Below are positions 34,567-44,467 of a stretch of 50,184 nucleotides of DNA, piece by piece. The first letter of the stretch is position 1. The number at the start of each line of letters is the position of its first letter. Made by a program: the position numbers and the translations under genes. Source of the DNA: Candidatus Eiseniibacteriota bacterium (lineage in GTDB: Bacteria; Eisenbacteria; RBG-16-71-46); NCBI GenBank assembly GCA_041492985.1, contig JBGPXY010000002.1, positions 1 to 50,184 on the forward strand, written 5' to 3'. The notes beneath the pieces are model-generated. The model was not told the DNA's origin. It searched no databases and saw only the letters and a list, made by a program, of their open reading frames with translations.

Positions 34567-35658
34567 ATGTTCTTCGAATGGATCTACCCGCTCCACACGG
34601 TGGACGGCCTCTCGGCGCTGAACGTCTTCCGATACATCACCTTTCGCGCCGCCTACGCCGCCATCACGGCGCTGCTCGTGTGCTTCGTGCTGGGGCCGCC
34701 GATGATCGAGTGGCTGCGCCGCGTGGGGCTCGGCCAGAAGATCCGCGCCGAGGGACCGCAGGCGCACCTGGCCAAGGCGGGCACGCCGACGATGGGGGGG
34801 CTGCTCATCGTCACGGCGATCGTCGTGCCGACCCTGCTGTGGGGGAACTTCCACTCCCGTCCGGTCTGGATCGCGCTGGCCGCCACGGTGTGGCTCGGGG
34901 CGCTCGGATTCCTGGACGACTACCTGCGGGTGGTGAAGGGCTTCCCGAAGGGCCTGCTCGGCCGCTACAAGCTGGCGGGGCAGATCATCGCCGGCGCCGT
35001 CATCGGCCTGGTGCTGGTGATGTGGCCCGAGAAGGGGCTGCCGGCCACGGTGACCCACGTGCCGTTCATGAAATTCCGCTTCCTCGACTTCGGGATCCTG
35101 TTCATCCCGTTCGTCATCTTCATCATCACCGCCTCGTCGAACTCGGTGAACCTGACCGACGGCCTCGACGGGCTGGCATCGGGACTGGTGGCGATCGCGG
35201 CGATCGCCTTCGCCGGCATGTGCTACCTGAGCGGTCACGCGAAGTTCAGCGGCTACCTGAACATCAGCTACCTGCGCTACGCCGGCGAGCTGACGGTGTT
35301 CTGCTCCGCCGTGCTGGGCGCCGCGCTCGGATTCCTGTGGTACAACTGCCATCCGGCCGACGTCTTCATGGGCGACACCGGTTCGCTGGCGCTGGGGGGC
35401 GCGCTCGGCACCGTCGCGGTGCTGATCAAGCGCGAGTTCTGGCTGGCGATCGTGTGCGGTGTGTTCGTCGCCGAGACGCTCTCGGTCATGATCCAGGTCA
35501 CGTCGTTCAAGCTGTGGGGCCGGCGGGTCTTCAAGATGTCGCCGCTCCACCACCATTTCGAGCTCAAGGGATGGGCCGAATCGCGCGTCGTGCTGCGCTT
35601 CTACATCGTCGGCGCGCTGCTGGCCCTGCTCTCGCTCTCGACCTTCAAGCTCCAATGA
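34567..35658 (+). CDS. mraY: phospho-N-acetylmuramoyl-pentapeptide transferase MraY
   Basis: NVFRYITFRA, GTPTMGGLLI, NSVNLTDGLDGLA and HHHFE motifs, with 10 TM helices. Confidence 0.95.
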   Translation: MFFEWIYPLHTVDGLSALNVFRYITFRAAYAAITALLVCFVLGPPMIEWLRRVGLGQKIRAEGPQAHLAKAGTPTMGGLLIVTAIVVPTLLWGNFHSRPVWIALAATVWLGALGFLDDYLRVVKGFPKGLLGRYKLAGQIIAGAVIGLVLVMWPEKGLPATVTHVPFMKFRFLDFGILFIPFVIFIITASSNSVNLTDGLDGLASGLVAIAAIAFAGMCYLSGHAKFSGYLNISYLRYAGELTVFCSAVLGAALGFLWYNCHPADVFMGDTGSLALGGALGTVAVLIKREFWLAIVCGVFVAETLSVMIQVTSFKLWGRRVFKMSPLHHHFELKGWAESRVVLRFYIVGALLALLSLSTFKLQ

Positions 35659-37040
35659 CCATCGACGCCCGTCATCCGCTCCCCGGCACCCGGCCCCTGG
35701 TGGTCGGCGCCGCGCGTTCCGGCTTCGCCGCCGCGCGCCTGCTGCACCGCCACGGGGCGCGCGTCCGCGTGTGCGACCGCCGTGGCGCCGACGCTGCCGC
35801 CGAGACGGCGCGAGCACTCGAAGCACTCGGGATCGAGGCCGCGTGGGGCCGCGACGACGCGGAGCTGCTGGAAGGGCGCGACCTGGTGGTGTGGAGCCCC
35901 GGCATCCCGGTGACCCATCCCATCGCCGTGGCCGCGCGTGCGCGCGGCGTCCCGGTCATCTCCGAGCTCGAGCTGGGCTTCCTGGCCGCGCACGCGCCGC
36001 TCATCTGCATCACCGGCACCAACGGCAAGAGCACCACCACCGATCTGGTGGGAGCGCTGGTGCGCGCCGCGGGACGGGACGTGGCGGTGTGCGGGAACAT
36101 CGGCCGGGCGGTGTGCGAGGTGGCGGAGTCGGTGGGGGTCGCCGGGCTGCTGGTGGTCGAGGTGTCGTCCTTCCAGCTCGAGACCGTCGACCGCCTGAGG
36201 CCCTACGTCGCCACATGGCTCAACCTGACGCCCGACCACCTGGAGCGCCATGGTGACTTCGAGAGCTACGGTACCCTCAAGCAGCGGCTGTTCGCGCGGC
36301 AGGAGGAGGGTGACTGGGCGGTCTGGAACGCGGACGACCCGGCGGTCACGGCGCGACGCACCGGAGGGGCCGCGTCACTCGAGTTCTCCACCGCGCGCGC
36401 CGTGCGCGAGGGCGCGTGCGTGAGCGGCGGACAGATCGCGCTGGCCTGGCGGGGCGGCGTCGAGCCGCTGCTGCCGGCGTCCGATCTGCGTCTGCCGGGG
36501 GCCCACAACCTCTCGAACGCGCTCGCGGCCCTGGCCACGGTGCTGCCGCTCGAGATCGCGCCCGACACGTTGCGCGAGGTGCTGCGCGGCTACGCCGGGC
36601 TCGAGCATCGGCTGGAGCCGGTGGCGACCGTCGAGGGCGTGGCCTTCGTCAACGACTCGAAGGCCACCAACGCGAGCTCGCTCGAGGTGGCGCTGCGCAG
36701 CTTCGAGCGGCCGGTGGTGCTGATCGCCGGAGGCCGTGACAAGGGCCAGGACTTCGCCCCGCTGGCGCCGCTGGTGGCGCGCTCGGTCGCCCACCTGGTC
36801 CTGATCGGTGAGGGCGCCCCCCGGATGGCCGCCGCGTGGCCCGGCGTGCCGGCGAGTCGGGCCGCCTCGCTCGCCGAGGCGGTGGACCTGGCCTACGAGG
36901 TGACGCGTCGCGCCGGCGGCGGCACGGTGCTGCTGTCGCCCGCCTGTGCCTCCTTCGACATGTTCCTCGACTACGAAGACCGAGGCCGGCGTTTCAAGGC
37001 CGAGGTCGAGCGTCTCAAGCACCAGGAGGCCCGGGCATGA
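35655..37040 (+). CDS. murD: UDP-N-acetylmuramoylalanine--D-glutamate ligase MurD
   Basis: [14 protein letters not shown]-loop and an N-terminal Rossmann-like domain (VVGAARSG). ATGA overlap start. Confidence 0.93.
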   Translation: MTIDARHPLPGTRPLVVGAARSGFAAARLLHRHGARVRVCDRRGADAAAETARALEALGIEAAWGRDDAELLEGRDLVVWSPGIPVTHPIAVAARARGVPVISELELGFLAAHAPLICITGTNGKSTTTDLVGALVRAAGRDVAVCGNIGRAVCEVAESVGVAGLLVVEVSSFQLETVDRLRPYVATWLNLTPDHLERHGDFESYGTLKQRLFARQEEGDWAVWNADDPAVTARRTGGAASLEFSTARAVREGACVSGGQIALAWRGGVEPLLPASDLRLPGAHNLSNALAALATVLPLEIAPDTLREVLRGYAGLEHRLEPVATVEGVAFVNDSKATNASSLEVALRSFERPVVLIAGGRDKGQDFAPLAPLVARSVAHLVLIGEGAPRMAAAWPGVPASRAASLAEAVDLAYEVTRRAGGGTVLLSPACASFDMFLDYEDRGRRFKAEVERLKHQEARA

Positions 37041-38170
37041 GCCGCGGCGACCGCTGGCTGCTGGTCCTGGCGCTGGGGCTCTCGGCGATCGGCCTGGTGA
37101 TGGTCTATTCCTCGAGTGCCATCCTCGGCATCACCCGCTACCAGGATCCCAACCACTTCCTGACGCGCCAGCTCATCCGCGTGCTGCTGGGCATCGTGGT
37201 GCTGCTCGCGTGCGCGCGCATCAAGCTGCGCTGGATCGAGCGCCTGGCGCCATGGCTGCTGGCGGGGGCGGTGGGTCTGCTTGCCGTGCTCGAGGTGGCG
37301 GGCCACGTCTCGCACGGTGCGGCGCGCTGGCTGCGGGTCGGCTTCTTCAGCATCCAGCCCACCGACCTGGCGCGCCTGATGACCGTGGTGTTCCTGGCCT
37401 GGTGGCTCAAGCGTTCCCCGCCCGCCGAGCAGGGGTTCCTGCGCGGGCTGCTGCCACCGCTGGGCGTCACGGCGGCGGTGAGCGGGCTCATCCTGCTGCA
37501 GCCCAACCTGAGCAGCGCGGCGTTGCTCGCGGTCTCCGGATTCCTGATGGTGTTCCTCGCCGGAGCGCGCGTGCGCCATCTGGCGATCCCGGTCGCCGCC
37601 GGCCTGTGCGCGGTGGCGCTGGCGCTGGCGACGCATCCATATATGATGGAGCGGTTCAGGACCTTCGTCGGCTCCTGGCAGGGCGGCACACCGGACGCGC
37701 GGGGCGCGGGGTGGCAGCTGGACCAGTCCCTGATCGCCATCGGCTCGGGGGGCTGGCTGGGTCGGGGTCTCGGGGCCGGCCTGCAGAAGTACCTGTTCCT
37801 GCCCGAGGCACACACCGACTTCATCTTCTCCATCCTCGGGGAGGAGATGGGATTCCTCGGCGCGACGGTCCTGTTGGGACTGATCGCGCTGCTCCTGTGG
37901 CGGGGGATGCGCGCCGCGGCGCGCGCCTCCGATCCATTCGCACATCTGCTCGCCGGAGGCCTCACGCTCCAGATCGGCCTGTACGCGCTCGCCAACCTGG
38001 CGGTCGCCACCGGGCTCGCCCCGACCACGGGCCTGCCGCTGCCGTTCGTCTCCTACGGGGGGTCGGCGCTGCTCGCCAACATGGCGGCGGCCGGGGTGCT
38101 CTACCGGGTGAGCGCGGGCAACGACGAGCGCGAGGCGCTCACGCGCCAGCGCTGGCGGGAGGCCCCGTGA
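37037..38170 (+). CDS. ftsW: SEDS-family peptidoglycan glycosyltransferase FtsW
   Basis: Polytopic protein with SIQPTDLARL, PEAHTDFIFSILGEEMGFLG and PFVSYGGSALL motifs. Located between murD and murG. Confidence 0.93.
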   Translation: MSRGDRWLLVLALGLSAIGLVMVYSSSAILGITRYQDPNHFLTRQLIRVLLGIVVLLACARIKLRWIERLAPWLLAGAVGLLAVLEVAGHVSHGAARWLRVGFFSIQPTDLARLMTVVFLAWWLKRSPPAEQGFLRGLLPPLGVTAAVSGLILLQPNLSSAALLAVSGFLMVFLAGARVRHLAIPVAAGLCAVALALATHPYMMERFRTFVGSWQGGTPDARGAGWQLDQSLIAIGSGGWLGRGLGAGLQKYLFLPEAHTDFIFSILGEEMGFLGATVLLGLIALLLWRGMRAAARASDPFAHLLAGGLTLQIGLYALANLAVATGLAPTTGLPLPFVSYGGSALLANMAAAGVLYRVSAGNDEREALTRQRWREAP

Positions 38171-39306
38171 AGATCATGATCGCCGGCGGCGGCACGGGCG
38201 GACACGTCTACCCCGGGATTGCCGTGGCCGAGGAGCTCATGCGCCTGCGCCCGCGCTCCGAGGTGGTGTTCGTCGGCGGACGACGCGGGCTCGAGGCGCA
38301 GGCGGTGCCCGAGAGCGGCTTCCGCATCCGCTACATCCTCACCCGCGGCTTCCCCCGCCGCGCGTGGTGGCGGTGGCCGATGGCGCTGCTCGCCAACATC
38401 GTCGGTCTGTTCCAGGCGCTGTGGGTGGTGGCGAGCGAGCGGCCCGACGCCGTGCTCGGCACCGGAGGCTACGTGAGCGGCCCGGTGGCGATGGCGGCCT
38501 GGATGCTCGGCCGGCCGCTGCTGCTCCAGGAGCAGAACAGCATCCCCGGGCTCGCCAACCGCTGGCTCGCGCGTGTCGCCGACGAGGTGCATCTCTCGTT
38601 CACCGAGGCGCGCGTCTACTTCAGCCGCAAGGACAACCTCAAGGTGACCGGGAATCCGGTGCGCGCGCACATCCTGGGCGGCGACCGCGCGCAGGCGCTC
38701 AAAGTCTTCGACCTGACGGAGGGCAAGCCCACCGTCTTCATCTTCGGCGGCAGCCGGGGTGCCCACCGCATCAACGTGGCGGCGCTGGACGCCATGCGGC
38801 TCCTGAAGGGGCGGGTCGATCTCCAGTTCATCCTGCAGACCGGCCGCGAAGACCTCGTGTGGGCACAGGGCATCGTCGCCGCCGAGCAGCTGCCGGCCCG
38901 CGTGCTGGCGTTCCTGCGCGACATCCACCTGGCCTACGCGGTCGCCGACCTGGTCGTCTGTCGCTCGGGCGCCATGACGCTGGCCGAGATCGCGGCGTGC
39001 GGCACGCCGGCGATCCTGGTCCCGTATCCGCACGCCGCGCACAACCACAAGGAGGTGAACGCGGACAACCTGGTGGAGCGGGGGGCGGCCGCCCTGCTCC
39101 TCGACCGCGAGCTGAGCGGCGAGCGGCTGGCGAAGGAGATCGCTCACCTGGTCGCCGACCGCCAGACGCTGCGACGCATGTCGGCCAACGCGCGCACCTT
39201 CGCGCGCCTGGATGCGGCGGAGCGCATCGTGCGCAGCCTCGAGCGCTGGGCGCAGGGGCGGGGCGCGGCGCAGGCCACGCCTGCCGGCAACGGGGGAGGC
39301 CGCTGA
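38167..39306 (+). CDS. murG: undecaprenyldiphospho-muramoylpentapeptide beta-N-acetylglucosaminyltransferase MurG
   Basis: IAGGGTGGHVYPGIAVAEEL, and C-terminal CRSGAMTLAEIAACGTPAILVPYPHA. GTGA overlap start; ATG 38176 is an alternative. Confidence 0.93.
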   Translation: MKIMIAGGGTGGHVYPGIAVAEELMRLRPRSEVVFVGGRRGLEAQAVPESGFRIRYILTRGFPRRAWWRWPMALLANIVGLFQALWVVASERPDAVLGTGGYVSGPVAMAAWMLGRPLLLQEQNSIPGLANRWLARVADEVHLSFTEARVYFSRKDNLKVTGNPVRAHILGGDRAQALKVFDLTEGKPTVFIFGGSRGAHRINVAALDAMRLLKGRVDLQFILQTGREDLVWAQGIVAAEQLPARVLAFLRDIHLAYAVADLVVCRSGAMTLAEIAACGTPAILVPYPHAAHNHKEVNADNLVERGAAALLLDRELSGERLAKEIAHLVADRQTLRRMSANARTFARLDAAERIVRSLERWAQGRGAAQATPAGNGGGR

Positions 39307-40697
39307 TGTACGGGCGCACCCGGCGCATCCACTTCATCGGCATCGGCGGTTCCGGCATGTCCGGGCTCGCGGAGGTGCTGCTCACCATGGGCTACCAGGT
39401 CTCGGGCAGCGATCTGCGCGCCAACGAGGCCACCGACCGGATCGGCCAGCACGGCGGTCGGGTGTTCATCGGGCACGCCGCCTCGAACGTCGAGGGCGCC
39501 CAGGTGGTCGTGTTCTCGACCGCGGTGCAGGACGACAACCCGGAGCTGATCGCGGCGCGGGCGGCCCTGGTGCCGGTGATCCCGCGCGCCGACATGCTGG
39601 CCGAGCTGATGCGGATGAAATACGGCATCGCGATCGGTGGCGCCCACGGCAAGACCACCACCACCTCCCTGATCGCGGCGGTGCTCGCCCGCGGCGGACT
39701 CGACCCCACCATCGTCGTGGGCGGCCGGCTGCACGCGATCGGCGCCAACGCGCAGCTGGGGCACGGGCAGTTCCTGGTGGCCGAGGCGGACGAGAGCGAC
39801 GGTTCCTTCTTGCGATTGAGCCCCGCGCTCACGGTGATCACGAACATCGACCGCGAGCACATGGACCACTACAAGGACCTCGAGGACATCCGGCGCGCGT
39901 TCATCTACTTCGCCAACCGTGTGCCGTTCTACGGCGTCTCGGTGCTGTGCGTGGACGACCCCGAGGTGCGTGGCATCCTCCCACGGGTCACCCGGCGCAC
40001 CGTCCTCTACGGCACGCGCGCCGAGGCCGAGGTGCGGGCCGAGCGGATCGAAATGCTCCCGCACGGATCGCGTTTCCAGGTGGTCGCCGCGGGACAGCCG
40101 CTCGGTACCATCGAGATGGGCCTGCCCGGGCGCCACAACGTGCTCAACGCCCTGGCCGCGGTCGCGGTGGGGCTCGAGGTCGAGGTGGGGTTCGGACAGA
40201 TCGCCGAGGCGCTCGCCACGTTCGGCGGGGTCGCGCGTCGCTTCGAGACCCGCGGCACGGCGGGCGGCGTGCGCGTGGTGGACGACTACGGACACCATCC
40301 GACCGAGATCGCGGCCACCCTGTCGGCGGCGCGCGGGCTGGGTGGCCGTGTGCTGGTGCTCTTCCAGCCTCACCGCTTCTCGCGCACGCAGGCGCTGCGC
40401 CGCGAGTTCGGCGGCTGCTTCGGCGAGGCGGACCTCGTGTGGGTGCTGGACGTCTATCCCGCCGGGGAGACGCCGATCCCGGGGATCTCCTCGCGCACCA
40501 TCGTCGAGAGCGCGGCCGAGCAGGGCGCGAAACACGTTCGCGAGGCGAACGACGCGGAGGCGGCGGTCGCGGCCGTGGTCGCCGAGGCGCGGCCTGGCGA
40601 CACGGTGATCACGCTCGGCGCGGGCGACGTGTGGAAGCTGGGGGACGCGGTGCTGCGCCGCCTGGGCGCCCCGGTCCCGACGGCGGGGAGGCGCTGA
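39306..40697 (+). CDS. murC: UDP-N-acetylmuramate--L-alanine ligase MurC
   Basis: IHFIGIGGSGMSGLAEVLL and GAHGKTTTTSL. The ATG shares the A of the murG TGA. Confidence 0.93.
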   Translation: MYGRTRRIHFIGIGGSGMSGLAEVLLTMGYQVSGSDLRANEATDRIGQHGGRVFIGHAASNVEGAQVVVFSTAVQDDNPELIAARAALVPVIPRADMLAELMRMKYGIAIGGAHGKTTTTSLIAAVLARGGLDPTIVVGGRLHAIGANAQLGHGQFLVAEADESDGSFLRLSPALTVITNIDREHMDHYKDLEDIRRAFIYFANRVPFYGVSVLCVDDPEVRGILPRVTRRTVLYGTRAEAEVRAERIEMLPHGSRFQVVAAGQPLGTIEMGLPGRHNVLNALAAVAVGLEVEVGFGQIAEALATFGGVARRFETRGTAGGVRVVDDYGHHPTEIAATLSAARGLGGRVLVLFQPHRFSRTQALRREFGGCFGEADLVWVLDVYPAGETPIPGISSRTIVESAAEQGAKHVREANDAEAAVAAVVAEARPGDTVITLGAGDVWKLGDAVLRRLGAPVPTAGRR

Positions 40698-41509
40698 TGG
40701 GCGCGTACCAGGGACGCGCCCTCGAGCCGGCCGCCCGCCGCGCGCGACGCCCGTCGTCGCTGCCGCGTCGCATCGCCCGGATCGGCGCGCTGCTCGCGGT
40801 GCTCGCGCTGCTCCCCCTGGTGCCGTGGCAGGGCCTGCGCAGCCGGCTGGCCCGCGTCTCCGAGGTACGGGTGGAGGGCGCGCACTACCTGGACGCCGCG
40901 CGGGTCCTCCAGCTGGCGGGCTTGGCCGTGGGCCAGGACCTGTTCTCGCTCGACTTCGCGCGAGCGCGCCAGGCGCTGCTGCTCGAGCCGCGCGTGGCGA
41001 GCGCCGAGGTGAGTCGCCGTCTGCCGCGCGGCGTGCGGGTGCGGATCGTCGAGCGCCAGCCTGTGTTGCTGGTGAGCCACGGCGTGCCGTGGGAGATCGA
41101 TTCCGCCGGGGTGCTGTTGCCGCCGCTGCAACGGGGCGTGGTCGCCGACGTGCCGCTGCTGGTCGGGCCTCAGTTCGCGGGGATGCCGGCCGGCATGCAC
41201 GTGGACCTCCCGGAGGTGCGGCGCGGTCTGGCCTGGGTACGCGCGCTCTCGGCGCGCGAGCTGCAGCTCGCCGGGCAGGTGTCCGAGGTGGATGTCACCG
41301 ATCCCTCGGTCACCGGCCTGACGATGCTCGATGGGACGCGGGTGCTGGCGCCGGGTTGGCCCCCCGACACGTCCCGGTTGTCGGCGCTGCGCGTGGTGCT
41401 GGCCGATCTCAAGGCCCGCGGCACCACCGCCGGCGAGGTGGATCTGCGGTTCGAGAATCAGGTGATCGTGCGGCCCGTGGTCGCCACGGAGGCCGCGCAC
41501 AGCGGATAG
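40697..41509 (+). CDS. ftsQ: cell division protein FtsQ (POTRA domain)
   Basis: Basic N-terminus, a TM helix (IGALLAVLALLPLV) and a POTRA-like region (VSEVRVEGAHYLDAARVLQLAGLAVGQDLF). Located before ftsA. Confidence 0.85.
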   Translation: MGAYQGRALEPAARRARRPSSLPRRIARIGALLAVLALLPLVPWQGLRSRLARVSEVRVEGAHYLDAARVLQLAGLAVGQDLFSLDFARARQALLLEPRVASAEVSRRLPRGVRVRIVERQPVLLVSHGVPWEIDSAGVLLPPLQRGVVADVPLLVGPQFAGMPAGMHVDLPEVRRGLAWVRALSARELQLAGQVSEVDVTDPSVTGLTMLDGTRVLAPGWPPDTSRLSALRVVLADLKARGTTAGEVDLRFENQVIVRPVVATEAAHSG

Positions 41510-41570
41510 AGTCGGTGGCGCGACGGGACCACCCGATGCGCCACGCACGCGGCACAGGGAGGTGGACCGG

Positions 41571-42812
41571 ATGGCACAGGCGACACGGACGTTCGTGGGT
41601 CTCGACATCGGCACCACGAAGATCTCCTGCATCATCGCGGAGATGAAGGACGTCGGCGAGCTGAGCATCGTCGGCATCGGCAACGCGCCCAGCGAGGGTC
41701 TGAGGCGCGGCGTCGTGGTCGATCTCGAGAAGACGGTCGGCAGCATCCAGCGGGCGGTGGACGAGGCCGAACGCATGGCCGGCGTGCCGGTCAAAGGGGT
41801 CCACGCCGGCATCGCCGGCGATCACATCCGGAGCATCAACAGCCGCGGGGTGATCGCCGTCTCGCGCAAGGACAACGAGATTGGTCAGGCCGACGTGGAT
41901 CGGGTGGTCGAGGCGGCCAAGGCCATCGCCATCCCCATGGACCGGGAGATCATCCACGTCATCCCGCAGGAGTTCATCGTCGACGACCAGGACGGCATCC
42001 ACGACCCGGTCGGGATGAGCGGCGTGCGGCTGGAGGCCGAGGTCCACATCATCACCGGTGCCGTCACCTCGGCGAAGAATATCTGCCGGGCCATCCAGCG
42101 CGCGGGATACAAGGTGTACGACCTGGTGCTGGAGCCTCTGGCCTCGAGCCACGCCGTGCTGGGGCGCGACGAGCGCGATCTGGGGGTGGCGCTGCTCGAC
42201 ATCGGCGGCGGCACCACCGATGTGGCGGTGTTCTTCGAGAGCACCATCCGCCACACGGCCATCATCCCCTGTGGCGGCGCCAACGTGACCAACGACATCG
42301 CCATCGGGCTGCGCACGCCGATCGACAAGGCCGAGTCCATCAAGATCCAGCACGGCTGCGCGCTGGCCGCGCTGGTCTCGTCGGCCGACAGCGTGAACGT
42401 GTCGGGCGTCGGCGGCCGCGCCGACCGCGAGATCTCGCGCCACGTGCTCGCCTCGATGATCGAGCCGCGCATGGAAGAGATCTTCGCGCTCGCCAACAAG
42501 GAAGTGAAGAAGAACCACTTCGCCGAGCTGCTGGGCGGCGGGGTGGTGCTCACCGGCGGTACCTCCCTGATGTCCGGGGTGGTGGAGCTGGCCGAGCAGG
42601 TGTTCGAGATGCCGGTGCGGCTCGGCGTCCCCGGAGGCATCGGGGGCCTGGTCGCGAACGTCGCCGATCCGCGCTTCTCCACCGGCGTGGGCCTGGTGCT
42701 CCACGCCGCGCACGGCGAGACCGGTGAAGGGATCCCCACGCAGAAGCGGACCAACGGAGATCGCAGGAATCCCCTCGATCCACGCCGCTGGTTCGAGGAC
42801 CTGTTCTACTAG
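41571..42812 (+). CDS. ftsA: cell division protein FtsA
   Basis: Actin-fold motifs VGLDIGTTKISCIIAE and LDIGGGTTDVAVF, with a C-terminal amphipathic tail RRWFEDLFY. ATG 41571 lies 8 nt after AGGGAGG. The ORF track starts at GTG 41562. Confidence 0.93.
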   Translation: MAQATRTFVGLDIGTTKISCIIAEMKDVGELSIVGIGNAPSEGLRRGVVVDLEKTVGSIQRAVDEAERMAGVPVKGVHAGIAGDHIRSINSRGVIAVSRKDNEIGQADVDRVVEAAKAIAIPMDREIIHVIPQEFIVDDQDGIHDPVGMSGVRLEAEVHIITGAVTSAKNICRAIQRAGYKVYDLVLEPLASSHAVLGRDERDLGVALLDIGGGTTDVAVFFESTIRHTAIIPCGGANVTNDIAIGLRTPIDKAESIKIQHGCALAALVSSADSVNVSGVGGRADREISRHVLASMIEPRMEEIFALANKEVKKNHFAELLGGGVVLTGGTSLMSGVVELAEQVFEMPVRLGVPGGIGGLVANVADPRFSTGVGLVLHAAHGETGEGIPTQKRTNGDRRNPLDPRRWFEDLFY

Positions 42813-42845
42813 ACCGCCGCGTCATGCGGCACACGGAGGTGCCCA

Positions 42846-43988
42846 GTGTTCGAACTCGAGATCGATAGCACGTCCACGGCCAAGCTCAAGGTCATCGGCT
42901 GCGGCGGCGCCGGCGGCAACGCCGTCAATCGGATGATCGGAGCGGGGCTGCGCGGCGTGGAGTTCATCAGCGCCAACACCGACATCCAGGCCCTCAACCA
43001 GTCGCTCGCGCCGATGCGCATCCAGATCGGGGCGCATTCCACCCGCGGCCTGGGCTCGGGGGGGGACCCGTCGGCGGGCCGCCGCGCGGCGGAGGAGGAC
43101 GAGCAGACCATCGGCGACGCGCTCGCCGACAGCGACATGGTGTTCATCACCGCCGGCATGGGCGGCGGCACCGGCACGGGAGCCGCACCGGTGGTGGCGC
43201 GGCTCGCCAAGAAGACGGGTGCCCTCACCGTGGCGGTGGTCACCAAGCCGTTCGCGTTCGAGGGGCGGCGGCGCATGCGACAGGCCGAGGAGGGCCTGAG
43301 CGAGCTGCGCGCCGAGGTGGACACGCTCATCGTCATCCCCAACGAGCGCCTGTTGGCGGTGGTGGACAAGGGCACCACGCTCACCGACGCCTTCAGCGTC
43401 TGTGACGAGGTGCTGCTCAAGGCCACCAAGGGCATCTCGGACCTCGTGACGGTGCCCGGCCTCGTCAACCTGGACTTCGCCGACGTCAAGGCGGTGATGT
43501 CCAACCGCGGCAACGCCCTGATGGGCACCGGACGGGCGACGGGCGCCAACCGGGCGGTGGAGGCCGCGCAGGCGGCGGTCTCGAGCCCGCTGCTCGAGGA
43601 CGTCTCGATCGCTGGTGCCGAGGGCGTGCTGGTCAACATCACCGGCGGCCGCGACTTGACGCTGCACGAGGTCAACGAAGCCGCGAGCGTGGTGGTGGGA
43701 GCCGCGGGCGAAGAGGCCAACGTCATCTTCGGATCGGTCATCGACCCGAACCTCGACGGCGAGCTGGTGATCACGGTGATCGCCACCGGCTTCGGGCATG
43801 CGGAGCCGCGTCTCAAGGTGCTGGATCGGGGCCGGATCTCGGCGTCGGAGGCGGAGGAGGAATACCGCCACCCGCAGCCCTGGAAGCGTGACGAGCCCGG
43901 CAACGGACGCCGGAATGGCTGGGGCAAGGGGAGCGGCCGGCCGGAATCCCTCGAGGTCCCGACGTTCTTAAGGAAGCAGATGGACTGA
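42846..43988 (+). CDS. ftsZ: cell division GTPase FtsZ
   Basis: [13 protein letters not shown] and the tubulin signature [13 protein letters not shown], plus the C-terminal FtsA-binding peptide [13 protein letters not shown] start 6 nt after GGAGG. Confidence 0.96.
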   Translation: MFELEIDSTSTAKLKVIGCGGAGGNAVNRMIGAGLRGVEFISANTDIQALNQSLAPMRIQIGAHSTRGLGSGGDPSAGRRAAEEDEQTIGDALADSDMVFITAGMGGGTGTGAAPVVARLAKKTGALTVAVVTKPFAFEGRRRMRQAEEGLSELRAEVDTLIVIPNERLLAVVDKGTTLTDAFSVCDEVLLKATKGISDLVTVPGLVNLDFADVKAVMSNRGNALMGTGRATGANRAVEAAQAAVSSPLLEDVSIAGAEGVLVNITGGRDLTLHEVNEAASVVVGAAGEEANVIFGSVIDPNLDGELVITVIATGFGHAEPRLKVLDRGRISASEAEEEYRHPQPWKRDEPGNGRRNGWGKGSGRPESLEVPTFLRKQMD

Positions 43989-44014
43989 AGGAGTACATTG
44001 CGCCGTACAGATGA

Positions 44015-44044
44015 GGGGCCGGTCCCCCAGGATGACCCGGCCCC
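44015..44044 (+). other. stem-loop downstream of ftsZ (possible operon-end structure, no U-tract)
   Basis: GGGGCCGG (44015-44022) and CCGGCCCC (44037-44044) form a perfect 8-bp stem with a 14-nt loop, 27 nt after the ftsZ stop. Confidence 0.3.
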
Positions 44045-44073
44045 CGGGTGAGCAGAACCAAGGGAGGGAGCCC

Positions 44074-44355
44074 ATGGTCCGCCTGCTGTCGTTGGTGATC
44101 GTCCTGCTGGTGCCGAACCTGTTCGCGCCCCTTGCGCCGCGCCACGCGGCGCGACACCGACAGGCGCCACCTAAGTCCGCGCCCACGGAGTACCTGGTGC
44201 AAGCCGGGCCCGATCGGGTGCCCGCGAAGGCGGGCTGGCTCACGGGGGACCCGGACCTCGCGCAGCGCGTCCCCGTCCCCGCGCGCGTCGACCCGATGCC
44301 CGCCGACCCGGATCCAGGAGCGCATCCGACCTTCGAGCCGTCGTTCGAACGCTGA
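44074..44355 (+). CDS. small hypothetical secreted Pro/Ala-rich protein
   Basis: ATG lies 4 nt after AGGGAGGGAG. The hydrophobic N-terminus MVRLLSLVIVLLVPNLFAPLAP is signal-peptide-like. Third-position G+C is very high in this frame. Confidence 0.5.
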   Translation: MVRLLSLVIVLLVPNLFAPLAPRHAARHRQAPPKSAPTEYLVQAGPDRVPAKAGWLTGDPDLAQRVPVPARVDPMPADPDPGAHPTFEPSFER

Positions 44356-44467
44356 CGTACCGGTCCGCGGGATCCGTGACGGCGCCGCGCGCCATGGGAG
44401 GCACCCGACTCTGGCGTTCTATTCCGGTCTGTTCAAGTGGGGTCATCACCGGCGCTACAACCAGGGC

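Noticed and set aside
44132-44467. Using GTG 44132 as the start of the TPR protein, giving the 644-aa model.
   Set aside because: The first ~75 residues are Arg/Ser/Pro-rich and overlap the 44074-44355 ORF. That ORF has the better RBS, a signal peptide and strong GC3. The ambiguity is kept as a finding rather than accepted.
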